In this document: piece by piece, positions 41,185-52,993 of the stretch
Numbering within the stretch: the first letter of the stretch is position 1
Layout of the letters: every line of letters starts with the position of its first letter
Translations under genes and position numbers: made by a program
Notes under the pieces: generated by a model
Told to the model about the DNA's origin: nothing
Seen by the model: only the letters and a program-made list of their open reading frames with translations
Database searches by the model: none
DNA from: a virus
Taxonomy: Duplodnaviria > Caudoviricetes
Strand: one strand, 5' to 3'
DNA length: 64,000 bases
IMG/VR virus record: IMGVR_UViG_3300020577_004796
Location: 9,144-73,143 of that record

Positions 41185-41646
41185 ATGATATTTGACACAG
41201 ATCAAGCCCTCACTAATTATTATCAAAACGCTATAAGTGATTTAGTAAAATCAAATGCGATCATAAACGATGATCAACATGGTAATAATTTATGGGCTTC
41301 TAATACTTATGGCAACACATTCTCATTTAATATAAAATGTGCAGAATCTAAAAATATACAAATAGCAGGCTTTTCTCTTGAAAAAATGCCCAGCTGTGAT
41401 CGTATTTTACTTTCCACCCATTCCTGGGTAAGTAGAAAATATCAAAAAATAGGTTTAGGCACACTTTTAAATCAAATGCGAATAGATATAGCCAAAAGAT
41501 TAGGATACAAAATATTAATGTGTACTAATAGAGAAGATAATATAGCACAACGCAGAATTCTCTCAAAAAATGGTTGGAAAGATATTTATACCATGCCTGG
41601 AGATAAACTCACAGATAATGTATATTTATCAGTAATCGATTTATAA
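41185..41646 (+). CDS. GNAT-family acetyltransferase
   Basis: VSRKYQKIGLGT acetyl-CoA motif A, NIAQRRILSKNGW motif B. Confidence 0.8.
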   Translation: MIFDTDQALTNYYQNAISDLVKSNAIINDDQHGNNLWASNTYGNTFSFNIKCAESKNIQIAGFSLEKMPSCDRILLSTHSWVSRKYQKIGLGTLLNQMRIDIAKRLGYKILMCTNREDNIAQRRILSKNGWKDIYTMPGDKLTDNVYLSVIDL

Positions 41647-42178
41647 GTCTATCATAATATCCAAAAGATAGCTTACTTTCATCAGTAGAAATACCAAAGT
41701 GAAATACAACGTGGGACGTTCTATTTTGTGGGTACTTATTTAAATAAGTATGATGAAAGGACATGGTGGCATGATGTAATGGACAGCATGAATCTCTTCT
41801 AAAGATTTCGTTCCAGTTCGAACCTGGATGCTACTACAAAAATAAATTTGGTAAATTAATATAATAAGAAGTGTGTGGTAGTAAAATCGAACGCTAGAAA
41901 GAGGATAGCATTTACATATGTATCCAGATAGATACATCCGTAGCTGAGAATCTCCACTATTCCTTATTATATTTATATTTTTTCACTTATCAAAACTCAC
42001 GTTATGACAAAACAAAAAGTAATCGAGTTCCTTGAAAGACAAGGAGCCAGATGCCGTTATTCAGGCAAAGAAAAAACATTGTACATACAGCGCCCATCTT
42101 CCTGGACAAGTAATTCAGAGATAGTAATAGGGCAGAAGTATGGTATTCTTCCAGACTTTCAACTAAAGGAGGTAGAAA

Positions 42179-44695
42179 ATGAATGATTCAAATAAACATG
42201 CCTTACAGGAAGACGATACTGCACTTGCTAATCTTAAACAGGAGTTAGAGCGTGTCATAATCAAAGTAAACTACCATTTTCAATCAGGATATGAAAGACA
42301 TGTTAATTTACAAACACCTGAATCAATCTTTCTAAATTTTCTTAAAAAGGAAATAACGGTAATACCAGCTGCATTTATCTATAGAATTTGTAAAAAAGAT
42401 TTTATTTTAACAATGCAAGATGGTTTTGTAACCAATTTATCATTTAATGCTCGTTCATATAAATATGATTGGAACAACTTAGATTACCGGCTCAGCTTAC
42501 TTGCAGCCACAGCAAAAACTTTAGATTACAAACATCTAAAAAGTATTTCTCACACATTAGATAAGTTTTATCAAGTAATGTCAAAATCAACTCAAGATAT
42601 TCAAAATTTTTCATTTAAATAAACAACTAAAATGTCTACAGAAAACACAGTACAGTCGCAACAAGATGGCGGCAAAGATGCAAAAAGGTTTGATCAGAAC
42701 TTAAAAAAGTTCATGTCACTTTTCTCTGGAAAAGCCAATCCCTTCAAAAATAAGATCCCTAACTCTGAAGTTAGCGGATTTATTGATGAGATGCTTGAAG
42801 AAAACCGACAAGAAGTTATCGAGCGTTTCAAAGTAAAAGGAAAAGCACTTATCCTGAAAAAAGTACAATTCGATAAGTTTGTTAAAGAAGAACAAGCTAA
42901 GACGGAAAAGGCTATTCTCGAAAAGAAAAAAGAGTTTTCCAAAGAAATGGAAGCTCTTTTCCAAGAAATGGAAAGCATCGATGAGTTGGCCAAAGGTGTC
43001 GCAGATGTAATTGATGATATAACAACAAATGACTCTGCATCAACAGCTGACAGCGTATCTAAAGATTAAACAAGAACTAATGGATGACTTAAAAGTACAA
43101 GTTTATGATGAAGCGCAAGAACGCGTTGAATACATCTTAAACATACTTACAAAATCAGAGCTTGTTTTAGTACATGATACAGTTGGTGAATGTAACCCAG
43201 ACATCATCAAAACTGAAAAGGAAAAGTTGGAAATTGCCAAAGATATAGCTCAATGTGTTTTAGAAGAAGAAATCTTGAGTTATGGCTGGATTCAGCAAAT
43301 TCTATTTTGGAAGAAATTCAAAAGATTAAACAATGTTTGGGAAGTATTAAACAATGGTTAAAAAAGAACATATTATACTCAAGGAACCAAATGTTGGGGA
43401 TTTTGTATTATATGAAAAGTGGAATCCAGTTAGAAAAAGATTACACACCGATGTAGGAGTAGTAGGAAGGGAATATTACGGAAATGGCCAGTTCATAATC
43501 CACGGCGTGCCTAGACCTAAAGATAGTATACTTTTAGTATTAACTTTAGACGGTTATTTAGAACAGCAAAATTTACGTAATGTCTCTTCCTCTATTTCTG
43601 CGTTACAATCAAAATTCCTATGAGTAAGAAAAACAGAATCAGAACACTATTTTCGGGAAGTCCACCAAAAAAGAAGCTAACAAAAGAGGAGAAGTGTCGA
43701 GCGACACTCGCTTCTCTGGAAGATAAACTAAAGAAAGGGGTTGGTGTTTTACCAGATAAGGATATTACAGATTTAAAAAATAAAATCTCTAATTTAGAAC
43801 ACACCCTAGGATTAAGTTACAGTTAGAACTTAACGAATGGAAACTTCTCAAAATGCACGTCTACGAGAACGTGCAGAAGCATATCTTACTAATGGTAAGT
43901 GGGACCCTTTTAAATCTCAAAGAATAGCTGAGGATTATAAGGAGAAATACATTAACTTACAAAAACAAAGGAGAAGCAGAAATATAAGAGACTGGATTTT
44001 AGAAAATAAAAATGAAATCATAGATTTAAAAGAATTTGAAAGCAATATATCAAAAGTATATATTTCAGAAGAAGAAACTATGGTAACAAAAAAACTTTCT
44101 CCTTTACAACTCTTTAGGCAACTTCCTAATCCACGCAAACAAATTCGCGAACAAAACTTAATTTCTCCTACTCAAGATCGTAAAAAAGTTGATAAAACTC
44201 CTTATTATTTAGAACGTAGGGCCATATTAAGTTATTAAAAAATATTTATGGAATACGGAAAAAAAGATACCGAAATCATAGACTGCAAATGTCCAAATGA
44301 GTTTCAAGATAAACGCTACGGTAAAAATCGTAGAGTAGCTAATCATGCTCCCTCCAAAGGTTCTCAAAAAAATCGTTATAGATGTACTTCTTGTTTAAAA
44401 GAAGTAAACGTAAATTAATAACATCCGGGTGAGAATAAGAATAAAAAATTTAAAGGACCAATCTAAATCTTCCATTCTTTCCGCAATAATGTTTATATTT
44501 AAATCTAATATACATAAAAAGCTAACAGTACGTAGAATGAGAATCTATTTATTGAAAGCTCAAGTGGTAATAGATGAAGATGAGACAAAAGAATTAATGG
44601 ATGAGCTATACGAAGACTCAAAAACTAATCCCTGGGTAGATATAAAAAGAGATTTGGAACTTGGTACTTATTCTTGTGTTTATAGTTTTATTTGA
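42179..44695 (+). other. Run of small hypothetical genes (42179, 42632, 43029, 43354, 43620, 43837, 44429)
   Basis: Tightly packed co-oriented ORFs; 42632-43069 is coiled-coil. Confidence 0.6.
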
Positions 44696-44716
44696 TTACA
44701 TACTAAATTAATTAAA

Positions 44717-45571
44717 ATGTTTTTTAAAAAAAAAGGCAAAAGTAACCCAATGGGTCTTAGTCCAGAGGATAGGTACTTGAATGACTTATCTCAATTAGAA
44801 GCTCTTGAGCTTAAGAAGAGAGAAGAAATTTCACGAAAAGAGGAACAATTAATGCGAGATCATCCATTAACCTCTTCCGGAAGAATTGTAACTACTCGAG
44901 AAAAGCAAAATGCTTTAGTAGAAGAAATACATCAATCTTTTGACTCTGCTTCTGAAGAAGCACTTAAGGAAGCTCAAAAGATTATTTCTACTATTTCTTT
45001 AAATGAAGTAGCATTGCTCAAAAAAGAGCTAGGCTTTACTAGGGCAGCAGGAGTTTTGGAAAACGAAGGATCTTTAAGAAAAAAACAACGTCTTGAAGAA
45101 AAAATACAGATGTTTTCTTATTACCAACAATATTACCCTCAATATAAGTTTATACAAGAAGACGCTGTAAAAGACTTGTGTATCAAGTATTCACTTGCAT
45201 TGGGGGACGCATCTCTATACCAAGGGGACATCCCCATGAAAAATCTTCTGGAAATAAAGAACTTCGATAAGAATTCTATTAAAGAATTTGACCAAGTGTA
45301 TATTATTTGGTCACATGGGTATGCACGAGCTATATCTAATACTGAATATAACTCAATGGTTGCCACTGGTCAATTACTTCGTATGCCACAACAATCTTTT
45401 CATATCTGTGCTCCTGCTTCAGAAATGAACATGCAAGGTAAAATACTTGCTAATGGTTATCAAATAATTGATGCTCTAGTTCTTTATCCAGTAAGGGGTG
45501 GTTATATCATCGTAAGCAAATGGGGGAAAGAAGGTGAAGACCCATCTTTAGTAAATGAAAAAGCTAATTAA
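44717..45571 (+). CDS. Conserved-looking phage protein; distant paralog of 37901-38788
   Basis: YPQYKFIQEDAVKDLCIKY, FHICAP, DALVLY, VSKWG. Confidence 0.65.
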   Translation: MFFKKKGKSNPMGLSPEDRYLNDLSQLEALELKKREEISRKEEQLMRDHPLTSSGRIVTTREKQNALVEEIHQSFDSASEEALKEAQKIISTISLNEVALLKKELGFTRAAGVLENEGSLRKKQRLEEKIQMFSYYQQYYPQYKFIQEDAVKDLCIKYSLALGDASLYQGDIPMKNLLEIKNFDKNSIKEFDQVYIIWSHGYARAISNTEYNSMVATGQLLRMPQQSFHICAPASEMNMQGKILANGYQIIDALVLYPVRGGYIIVSKWGKEGEDPSLVNEKAN

Positions 45572-46047
45572 AGAAAAACTTAGAGGTGAGTAAGGGACCT
45601 TAAAGTAGGTGAGAATCCTACATTTTTATGAAATCTTGGATAAAAAAAATAAAACAGTATTTTAAAGATAAAGATAATCTGAAGTTTAAGAATAAAATGG
45701 AAGTACTTTATAGACAAGAACTGCTTACGCAACCCCATACTTGGGAAATAGGTAATCTTGATCATGGTAAAGGACGTGCAATTTATGTCTGTTCCAGATG
45801 TGAGGAAGCTCATACTATAAAAAGTAATGATTTATTCAACACAGATTCTCATTATCAAATTTTAAAAAAAACTGTCGGCCCCTGCATTCCAGAAAAACTA
45901 TCAAATGAACACCTTGAGCTAGGTGGAGAGTCATGAACAAATTTATAAAAAACACTTTAAAAGCAGTAATAGTTGTTACTGTTCCAGTAGTATTGGTAGG
46001 CACTGCCCTATTTCTCCTGGATGAAATAAACTTTAAAAAACAAAAAA

Positions 46048-46560
46048 ATGGAAAGAAAATCTCCTACTAGAAATCTAGTCGCAGTGAACAGGTCCACTTC
46101 TGTTGTAAAATCTACACAAGTAAAACGCGCCGGTAAAATACAAGATTTACCTAAAATTCCAGAAAATAAGGAATACAGAGTTATTTTTAACAATGAGATG
46201 TCAGAAGTTGAAATAAAACGTGGCTCTAAAGTAATTTGCTCTGCTGCGCTAAGCTTCGATGATGTAAACTGTTCTTGTGGCATACAAGATGCAGATGGCT
46301 TAGGTCAATATGCAAGTATGTTTAAACATTTGGGAGTAAGTTGTCCAAATCGTAAGGAATTGATAAAAGAAGCACTTCTTTTAAATATACATCATATAAA
46401 AGATGAAGAAAATGCAGCTTTTGTTATTGTTTCTAATAACAACCAGAAAGGAAACGAATTAATCAACGAAATATGTGATGAAATTTGTATTTCTTGTACT
46501 GATTATCGTCCGAACCCTAACATGAACAACGCCACAACCATTCGTGCCTGGTTTATTTAA
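46048..46560 (+). CDS. Hypothetical protein, tandem paralog A
   Basis: CSCGI...AFVIVSNN...DYRPNPN. Confidence 0.6.
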   Translation: MERKSPTRNLVAVNRSTSVVKSTQVKRAGKIQDLPKIPENKEYRVIFNNEMSEVEIKRGSKVICSAALSFDDVNCSCGIQDADGLGQYASMFKHLGVSCPNRKELIKEALLLNIHHIKDEENAAFVIVSNNNQKGNELINEICDEICISCTDYRPNPNMNNATTIRAWFI

Positions 46561-47124
46561 ATGGAGCCTCGAATATTTAATAGATTCAAGCAGTATCAAA
46601 CAAATTATGAAAACGTTCACGAACAATTAAGAGAAATAATGAATACACAATCAATAGCACCCGTTCGTGTAAATCGCGATGGGTCTCCAGATAAGAGATT
46701 TAAGGCAAATAAAACCCCTAATCCTGGAACAGCTAATACACAAGAAGTACAAAAAGAAGCTCCTGAATGGACTTATGCATTAAATGCAAACGGATATACT
46801 TTTCAAAATAAAAGTAAAGCAATAATACATACTACTGCGTTATCTATTTCTGGCGCCTCTATTTCTTGTGGAGTTAGGCAATTAAGTAATGTTAGTAGCT
46901 TATCCAGAGCAGTGGCTATAGGTGTGCCAAGGCCACTTGTTATGCAAGCTTTATCTGAATTCATTGTCAAATGTAAAAAAGATAATAAATCAGCATATTT
47001 AATAGTTTCTAATAATGATAGAGCTAAAGAATCAAATGACATGATTAAAGAAATTGCCGTAACAAAAACAGAATACAGACGCAATCCAAATAGCGGAAAT
47101 CCTGTATTTGTAGCTGTACTTTAA
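46561..47124 (+). CDS. Hypothetical protein, tandem paralog B
   Basis: ISCGV...AYLIVSNN...EYRRNPN. Confidence 0.6.
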   Translation: MEPRIFNRFKQYQTNYENVHEQLREIMNTQSIAPVRVNRDGSPDKRFKANKTPNPGTANTQEVQKEAPEWTYALNANGYTFQNKSKAIIHTTALSISGASISCGVRQLSNVSSLSRAVAIGVPRPLVMQALSEFIVKCKKDNKSAYLIVSNNDRAKESNDMIKEIAVTKTEYRRNPNSGNPVFVAVL

Positions 47125-47128
47125 TAAA

Positions 47129-47160
47129 TTTGGTAGATTGACAGATTTTTAGTATCTTTG
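47129..47160 (+). promoter_or_regulatory. Bacteroidota promoter
   Basis: TTTG-N20-TATCTTTG. Confidence 0.8.
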
Positions 47161-47166
47161 TATTCT

Positions 47167-47538
47167 ATGCAAAGAAAACTAAAAACCTGTTCTGTCTGTG
47201 GTAAAGAATGCTACTTATTCTCGCATGGTCGTTGTAAACAATGTGCCGCAAAAGACTATAAGAAACCCACCTCTTCTGGGAAAGTAAAACCTATTTCTGA
47301 TAAGAGAAAAAAAAGATTAGAGAAATATAAAGAAATAAGAGATAAATTCTTAAAAGACAACCCCGTATGCATGTTTCCTGGATGTAAGTCCAAAGAAGTA
47401 GAATGTCATCATGCTTCAGGAAGAAGTGGAGATTCATTATTTAACGATTTAATAAGTCTTTGTAGACAACATCATATTTGGGTAGAGACACATCCCAAAG
47501 AAGCTAAAGAACTAAATTTATCAAAAACAAGACTATGA
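47167..47538 (+). CDS. Zn-finger/HNH-family nuclease
   Basis: CSVC, CKQC, CMFPGC...ECHH...LCRQHH. Confidence 0.7.
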   Translation: MQRKLKTCSVCGKECYLFSHGRCKQCAAKDYKKPTSSGKVKPISDKRKKRLEKYKEIRDKFLKDNPVCMFPGCKSKEVECHHASGRSGDSLFNDLISLCRQHHIWVETHPKEAKELNLSKTRL

Positions 47539-47716
47539 ATAAATATCGCAAACGTACATATATATTAATCTGTTTAATACTATTCATAATCATATTTAGT
47601 TATTTATGGTTTACAGATCATGGCGCGCAAATGTCTAGAAAAGATTGGTTGGGTATAGTACTAATAGAAATAGTAGCTCAACTTGGTATTTTTTATATGG
47701 AAAAAGATGAAACTTT

Positions 47717-48034
47717 ATGAGATTTTTCTTAGATAAAAAAGATAAATCTTTACCAGAAGGGGTTGAGCGCACCCTCACCAACCTGGAAAAGGGAAAATAT
47801 TTAATAATAATACATTCCCTAGACACAACAACTGAGTCTGTTCTAAGAAGATATTATTTCACCTTAGTAGACAACGTTTCTTCATTTTCAGGAGATACAA
47901 ATCAAGTAATACATACAAGATTCAAGAAACATCAAGAAATAAATAGTACAAAAGATTTTAAAGTAGAAGATTGGAAAGTATTTATTGATGATTTTAAACA
48001 GTATATTTTCTATAAGTTAGATTACTTATTATGA
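47717..48034 (+). CDS. Possible NinB/Orf-like recombination protein
   Basis: RRYYF...IHTRFK...STKDFKVEDWKVFID pattern. Confidence 0.4.
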   Translation: MRFFLDKKDKSLPEGVERTLTNLEKGKYLIIIHSLDTTTESVLRRYYFTLVDNVSSFSGDTNQVIHTRFKKHQEINSTKDFKVEDWKVFIDDFKQYIFYKLDYLL

Positions 48035-49059
48035 TTAAAAACATGTTAGAAACAGTAATTCCTATGCGGGAATTAAAGAAAGCTGGAGAGGTTGATGTTC
48101 CTACAATGGCTCCAGAGGTTAGGTATGATTATCTGACTATCTACGATCAAATGGGTAAAGTCTTGGCCAGGAGTAACGGGCACGCCATGAATAGTACAAT
48201 AAGGCTTGTATATCATGGAGTGATGTTTATAGCTACACCAGGGCATGAGGACGCGGAAATATCCATTGAATTCTTTGGATTATCAGAACAAATAAGCAAA
48301 GAAGAAGAATACGCTAATTTACATTTAATACACTGAATATGACACCAGAAAAAAGTGAGGTAGTAGTAAGCGTTCTAGCTACAATTCTGTTTTTTGTAAT
48401 TTTATTAATAATATTCAGTACAATTTAACTACATTAAGCGAAAAAGGGTTTGTAGTAGGTATAAAGACGAGTAACCCTGAGATAATATCAAAACCCCTTA
48501 AGACCGCTCTAGATTATACTAATGTAGTTAAACCCCATAAGCCTGGAAAAGAACAAAAGAATGAACATAACACAAGAAGGAGAAGAACAAGAGAAGATGA
48601 AAAAGAAAAGTATAAAAGGAACAACACCCCCTGTTGATCCAAGAACTGACAGAGATTCAAATAAAAAAGTAAAGAATACTCTCCATGCATTAGGTATGAA
48701 GAAGATTGAAGAAGAAATAAAAGCAATACGTAATTCAGACAATGACAACATTTAATAGGAATAAACTTGTTTGTCAAAAAATGGAAGACCTTCTAGAAAC
48801 AATAAAAGAAGCTAATGAAGATAACACTTGGAAAAGAGGGCAGCTATACTGTATAATTGAAATCTTAGAAGACGAAATGGATGATATAGAACTAAAGGGG
48901 GTAGAAGGTTGAAAAATAAAAAGGAAACAGTTGTTATTCTTGTTGAAGAACTTGTTAGAGATAGTAAATTCTTACAATGTCTATATCGCGCTGGTATAGA
49001 TAAATGGGAAGGATTTGAAGTAGCTCGTAAAGAATTTTTACAAAAAGAAAAGGAGGTGA

Positions 49060-50015
49060 ATGACGGATAAATTACAATTATATGATTGGGAGTGTGTCTT
49101 GGGATACGCTTGTGTTACTTTTTTATCTTATAAAACAGGTAAACATAAAGTATTTGAGATAGATGATGATGTAGGAATATCTCAGAGAGATGCGTTAGTG
49201 GATTTTATCCAGGGAAAAATGTTGGTTGGTTACAATAGCTTAACCTTCGATAATCTCTTAACTAACTATTGTATTAAACATAAGAATGTTAGAGCTGCTG
49301 ATCTTTACGAATTAACTAGTAGAATTATCAACGGCCAAAAGAATAATCCTGATTTCAATCTATACAAAGAATTTAGTAATTATCTAAACTCCGCAGATTA
49401 TGAATCTATAGATTTAATGAGACTCTTATTTTCAAAGAAATTAAGAGTTTCTTTGAAAGAATTAGAATGTTCTTTAAATTATGTTTCAGTACAGGAGTTT
49501 TTGCATCCATTTAATATAACTTTAGATAAACATCAAAAAGAAGAACTTAAAGAGTATAACTTAGTAGACTGTAAAGCTACAAAGCTAGTCTTAGATCGTT
49601 CTATGGAAAGTTTAAGATTACGTAGATGGGTTCAAGAAGAGTATGGAATAGATACTTTTTCTATGGATGGTGTAACTTTAGGTGCAAAGATATTAGAAAC
49701 TGAATATTATAAAGCTACTGGAGATACAAAATTTACTAAATTAAGAACGGTTCGAGATTTTATCAAAATTAAAGATGTTATATTACCATTTATAAAATTT
49801 GAAACTGAACCATTTAAAGAAGTTTTAAACGTTTATAAATCTCATACGTGGTATTCTAAAGATTTTGATGAAGAACTTTTTAAAGATAATAGTCTTTTAT
49901 ATGAGCCTTTAATAAAAGGATTTAAATTTAAGTTTAGTTTAGGTGGCGCCCATGGCTACACTCAACCTAATGTATGGGAAAGTAATAGTGAATATGACAT
50001 CATAAGTGTCGACGT
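49060..50015 (+). CDS. Family B DNA polymerase, exon 1 (3'-5' exonuclease to motif A)
   Basis: YDWEC, GYNSLTFD, YNLVDC, GGAHG, ends DV; spliced join 49060-50015 + 51027-51945 gives 624 aa. Confidence 0.9.
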
Positions 50016-51026
50016 AAATTAAACCTCTGCGTCGTAACCTTGTTAATTGCTGGAAAACTAATTAAATAGTAGATGAGTAAAATAGATGAGTAGTGTAGGC
50101 TGTTATCATTTGGTATAAAGGCACCTCGAATCTACTATTTATATGTCAATCAGCAGCCGAGCCTCGTAAGAGGAAGGTTCAGAGACTATCGAAAACACGT
50201 AATAATATACGGAAGTGAGTAGAGTAGGAGGAAACTCCGAAACACAAGGCAATTCAAAATAAATTTGGTAAATTGGATAATATGTTGTATATTTTAAGGA
50301 TAATACCTTAAATATGCAATATAACAGAAAAAGAGATTTAGGGAAATGCGGAATTTATCTTATAAGAAATAAGATAAACAATAAAATATATATAGGAAAA
50401 GCAAAATGTATAGATCGTAGAATAAAACAGCATATTACACTGCTTAATCGAAAATCTAAAGACGAAAACCCACATTTAATTAATGCTTGGCATAAATATG
50501 GAAAAGATGCTTTTGAATATATAGTTTTAGAATATCTTGATTTTAATGAAGAACAAATAAAAGAGCGAGAATGTTTTTGGATAACTCATTTAAACGCACT
50601 AGATCCGAAAGTAGGATATAATCTTAGATTAGATTCTTCCACAGGAATGATAACTTCTGAAGAAACAAAATTAAAATTAAGAGAATCCAGAAATAAACGA
50701 TCTATTAAATTTCCTGAATTAAATAAAAAAGTAGGGGAAATAACTAGAGAGTTTTGGAAAAATAACCCAGAAGCGAGAGAACAGATGAGTAAAAATGTTA
50801 AATTAGCAAAGCAAAAAAAGTATAGATATTTGCAATATGACAAAGAAATGAATCTTATTCAAATTTGGGATACCGTTGAAGAAATCCTAAAAATAAATCC
50901 GAATTACAAATGGCAAAATATATATGCAGCATCGAATGGTAATAAACCAACAATGTATGGTTATATATGGCGTAAAGAATTGAAGATATAGTCCGACACT
51001 CTTAGAAATAAGAGATTACAGACCCG
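50016..51026 (+). mobile_element. Group I intron in PolB
   Basis: P AATTGCTGGAAA, Q AATCAGCAG, R GTTCAGAGACTA, S AAGATATAGTCC; P1 GACGU/GCGUC with U-G; P10 AAACCTCT pairs with the 3' exon AGAGGGTTT; terminal G. Confidence 0.9.
50314..50991 (+). CDS. Intron-encoded GIY-YIG homing endonuclease
   Basis: CGIYLIRNKINNKIYIGKA, GYNLR, MYGYIWR. Confidence 0.92.
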   Translation: MQYNRKRDLGKCGIYLIRNKINNKIYIGKAKCIDRRIKQHITLLNRKSKDENPHLINAWHKYGKDAFEYIVLEYLDFNEEQIKERECFWITHLNALDPKVGYNLRLDSSTGMITSEETKLKLRESRNKRSIKFPELNKKVGEITREFWKNNPEAREQMSKNVKLAKQKKYRYLQYDKEMNLIQIWDTVEEILKINPNYKWQNIYAASNGNKPTMYGYIWRKELKI

Positions 51027-51945
51027 AGAGGGTTTCTATCCTAGTCAAATGATTGAATATCTATTTTTTCCTGAACATTTAAATAAAGAAGTATTACGAG
51101 ATATATTTATAAAGATAGGAGAGCGAAGAAACGTAGCTAAGAAGGCTGGAGATATGGTTGTAAGTGATACTCTAAAGTTAGCTAGAAATGGCCCTTATGG
51201 GCTTTTAGGCTCACAATACAGCTGGTTATTTGATCATAAAGCTAGGTTATCTATTTGTGCTAATGGTCAGCTAATGTTAGCGATGTTAGTAGAAAAATTC
51301 TTCCAAAATAATATAAAACTCCTAGATATAAATACAGATGGTACTTACATTTATTTGCATAAATCTCAAAGAAATAAATTTCAAGAAATCATAAAGTGGT
51401 GGGAAGATTTAACAAAGATGAAGATGGAGCAAACTAAATTTGAAAAGATTTGGTTTTTAAATACAGCTGATTACTTTGGAACTTACTACAAAAAAGATAA
51501 ACTTGAAACAAAATGTAAAGGTATATTCTTAGAAAAAGTTGAACTAGGAAAAGGAATGGAATTTCCTATAATAGCTGAAGCGGTTAAGAATTATTTTTTA
51601 AATAATGTTTCTATTGAAGATACTATTTATGGATGTAAAGATATACTTAAATTTTGTGCTTACAGAAAATTAAAAAAAGGAACACAGTGTTTTCATAACT
51701 TAAAAGAACAACAAAGAGTAAATAGATTTTTTGCATGTCTAGGAGGGGCATATTTATATTCAAGATCTAAAGACGAAAAAACAGGAAAAATAAGAATAAC
51801 TAATATGTTAAAGAGTAGTGGGGTTGAATTACTCAATTTTGTGGATAATAAAAAAATAGAAGAAAGGAGAATTAATTTTGGTTTTTATCTTTCAAGTGCG
51901 CGTAAAATAATGCATACTATTGAAGGAGATCCAAAGCTCTTCTAG
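51027..51945 (+). CDS. Family B DNA polymerase, exon 2
   Basis: Restores DVEGFYPS; KLARNGPYG motif B; INTDG motif C. Confidence 0.9.
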
Positions 51946-51963
51946 TGTAGAGAAAAGTGAAAT

Positions 51964-52668
51964 ATGATAAAAGAAGAACAAGGAGAAATTAAGTTAAGTT
52001 TTGGAAAAGAAGTAATTCAGCGTTTAAGAGAATATGATATAGGTGCTGCTCATATGGGAAGTGCTGCTATAATTCTCTTGGGATTATTTAATGACGAATT
52101 AGATATTTTAGATGAATTAGATGGTAATAATCGAGATAAAGGAGCGTTAACTTTACAAAAACAATTAGAACGTAAAGGACTCCTACTTCCTGGTGAAGAA
52201 AATAATTTTGTCTTATCCAGAAGGGGCGGGGAGTTAGCTACTTTTATAATGTCTCAACAAGATCAACTTTTAGAAAAACAAATCGAATATGTAGATAAAG
52301 AAACTGGTGAAGTAATAGAAGTAAAAGACTGGTTGAAGGAGTTTAATCATATATTTCCAAGTTCTAATGATCAACATAGGCATTTGAGATCAGATTCTGG
52401 GACAATACAAAGAAAAATGACTAAATTTCAAGAATTACATCCATTTGATAAGGAGGTAATTTTAGAAGCAACCCGTTTATATATTTCTGAACAAGAACAA
52501 AGTCCTGAAGGGCACCGATTCACTGTAAATTCTAGTAATTTTATAGGTAGATTTGATAAACAAGGTCGTGAAGAGTCTAGTGATTTAGCTGCTTTATGTG
52601 AAAGAGTTTTAGAAGAACGTAAAAATCCTCAAAGCAAGTATGATAGTAGATTTTTAGATACTGCATAA
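51964..52668 (+). CDS. Conserved replication-module hypothetical protein (wHTH-like N-terminus)
   Basis: Between PolB and helicase; FNHIFP...LR, NSSNFI. Confidence 0.5.
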   Translation: MIKEEQGEIKLSFGKEVIQRLREYDIGAAHMGSAAIILLGLFNDELDILDELDGNNRDKGALTLQKQLERKGLLLPGEENNFVLSRRGGELATFIMSQQDQLLEKQIEYVDKETGEVIEVKDWLKEFNHIFPSSNDQHRHLRSDSGTIQRKMTKFQELHPFDKEVILEATRLYISEQEQSPEGHRFTVNSSNFIGRFDKQGREESSDLAALCERVLEERKNPQSKYDSRFLDTA

Positions 52669-52993
52669 TATGAAATACAAAGTAATGACAAATGAACCAG
52701 TAGAAAATTGGTCTGAAACACAACTTGTTGATTATTTAGTTAATAATGGTATCTTAAAATTAGACTTTATTCGTGCTAAACAATTATCAGATTACCAAAT
52801 GATTAAATTAATTAAAGAAGAACAAGAAAGTGTTAGAAGAAGAAATAGCGATAATGTTTGCTAGATGGATTAATCTTAGCTATTATCAAGATGATGTAGA
52901 TAATGATTTATGGCATCCTTTAGATGATTCTAGTGAAGAATGGACAACAAAACAATTATTTGATCAATTTATAAATGAGTAGAGGAGGTAAGC

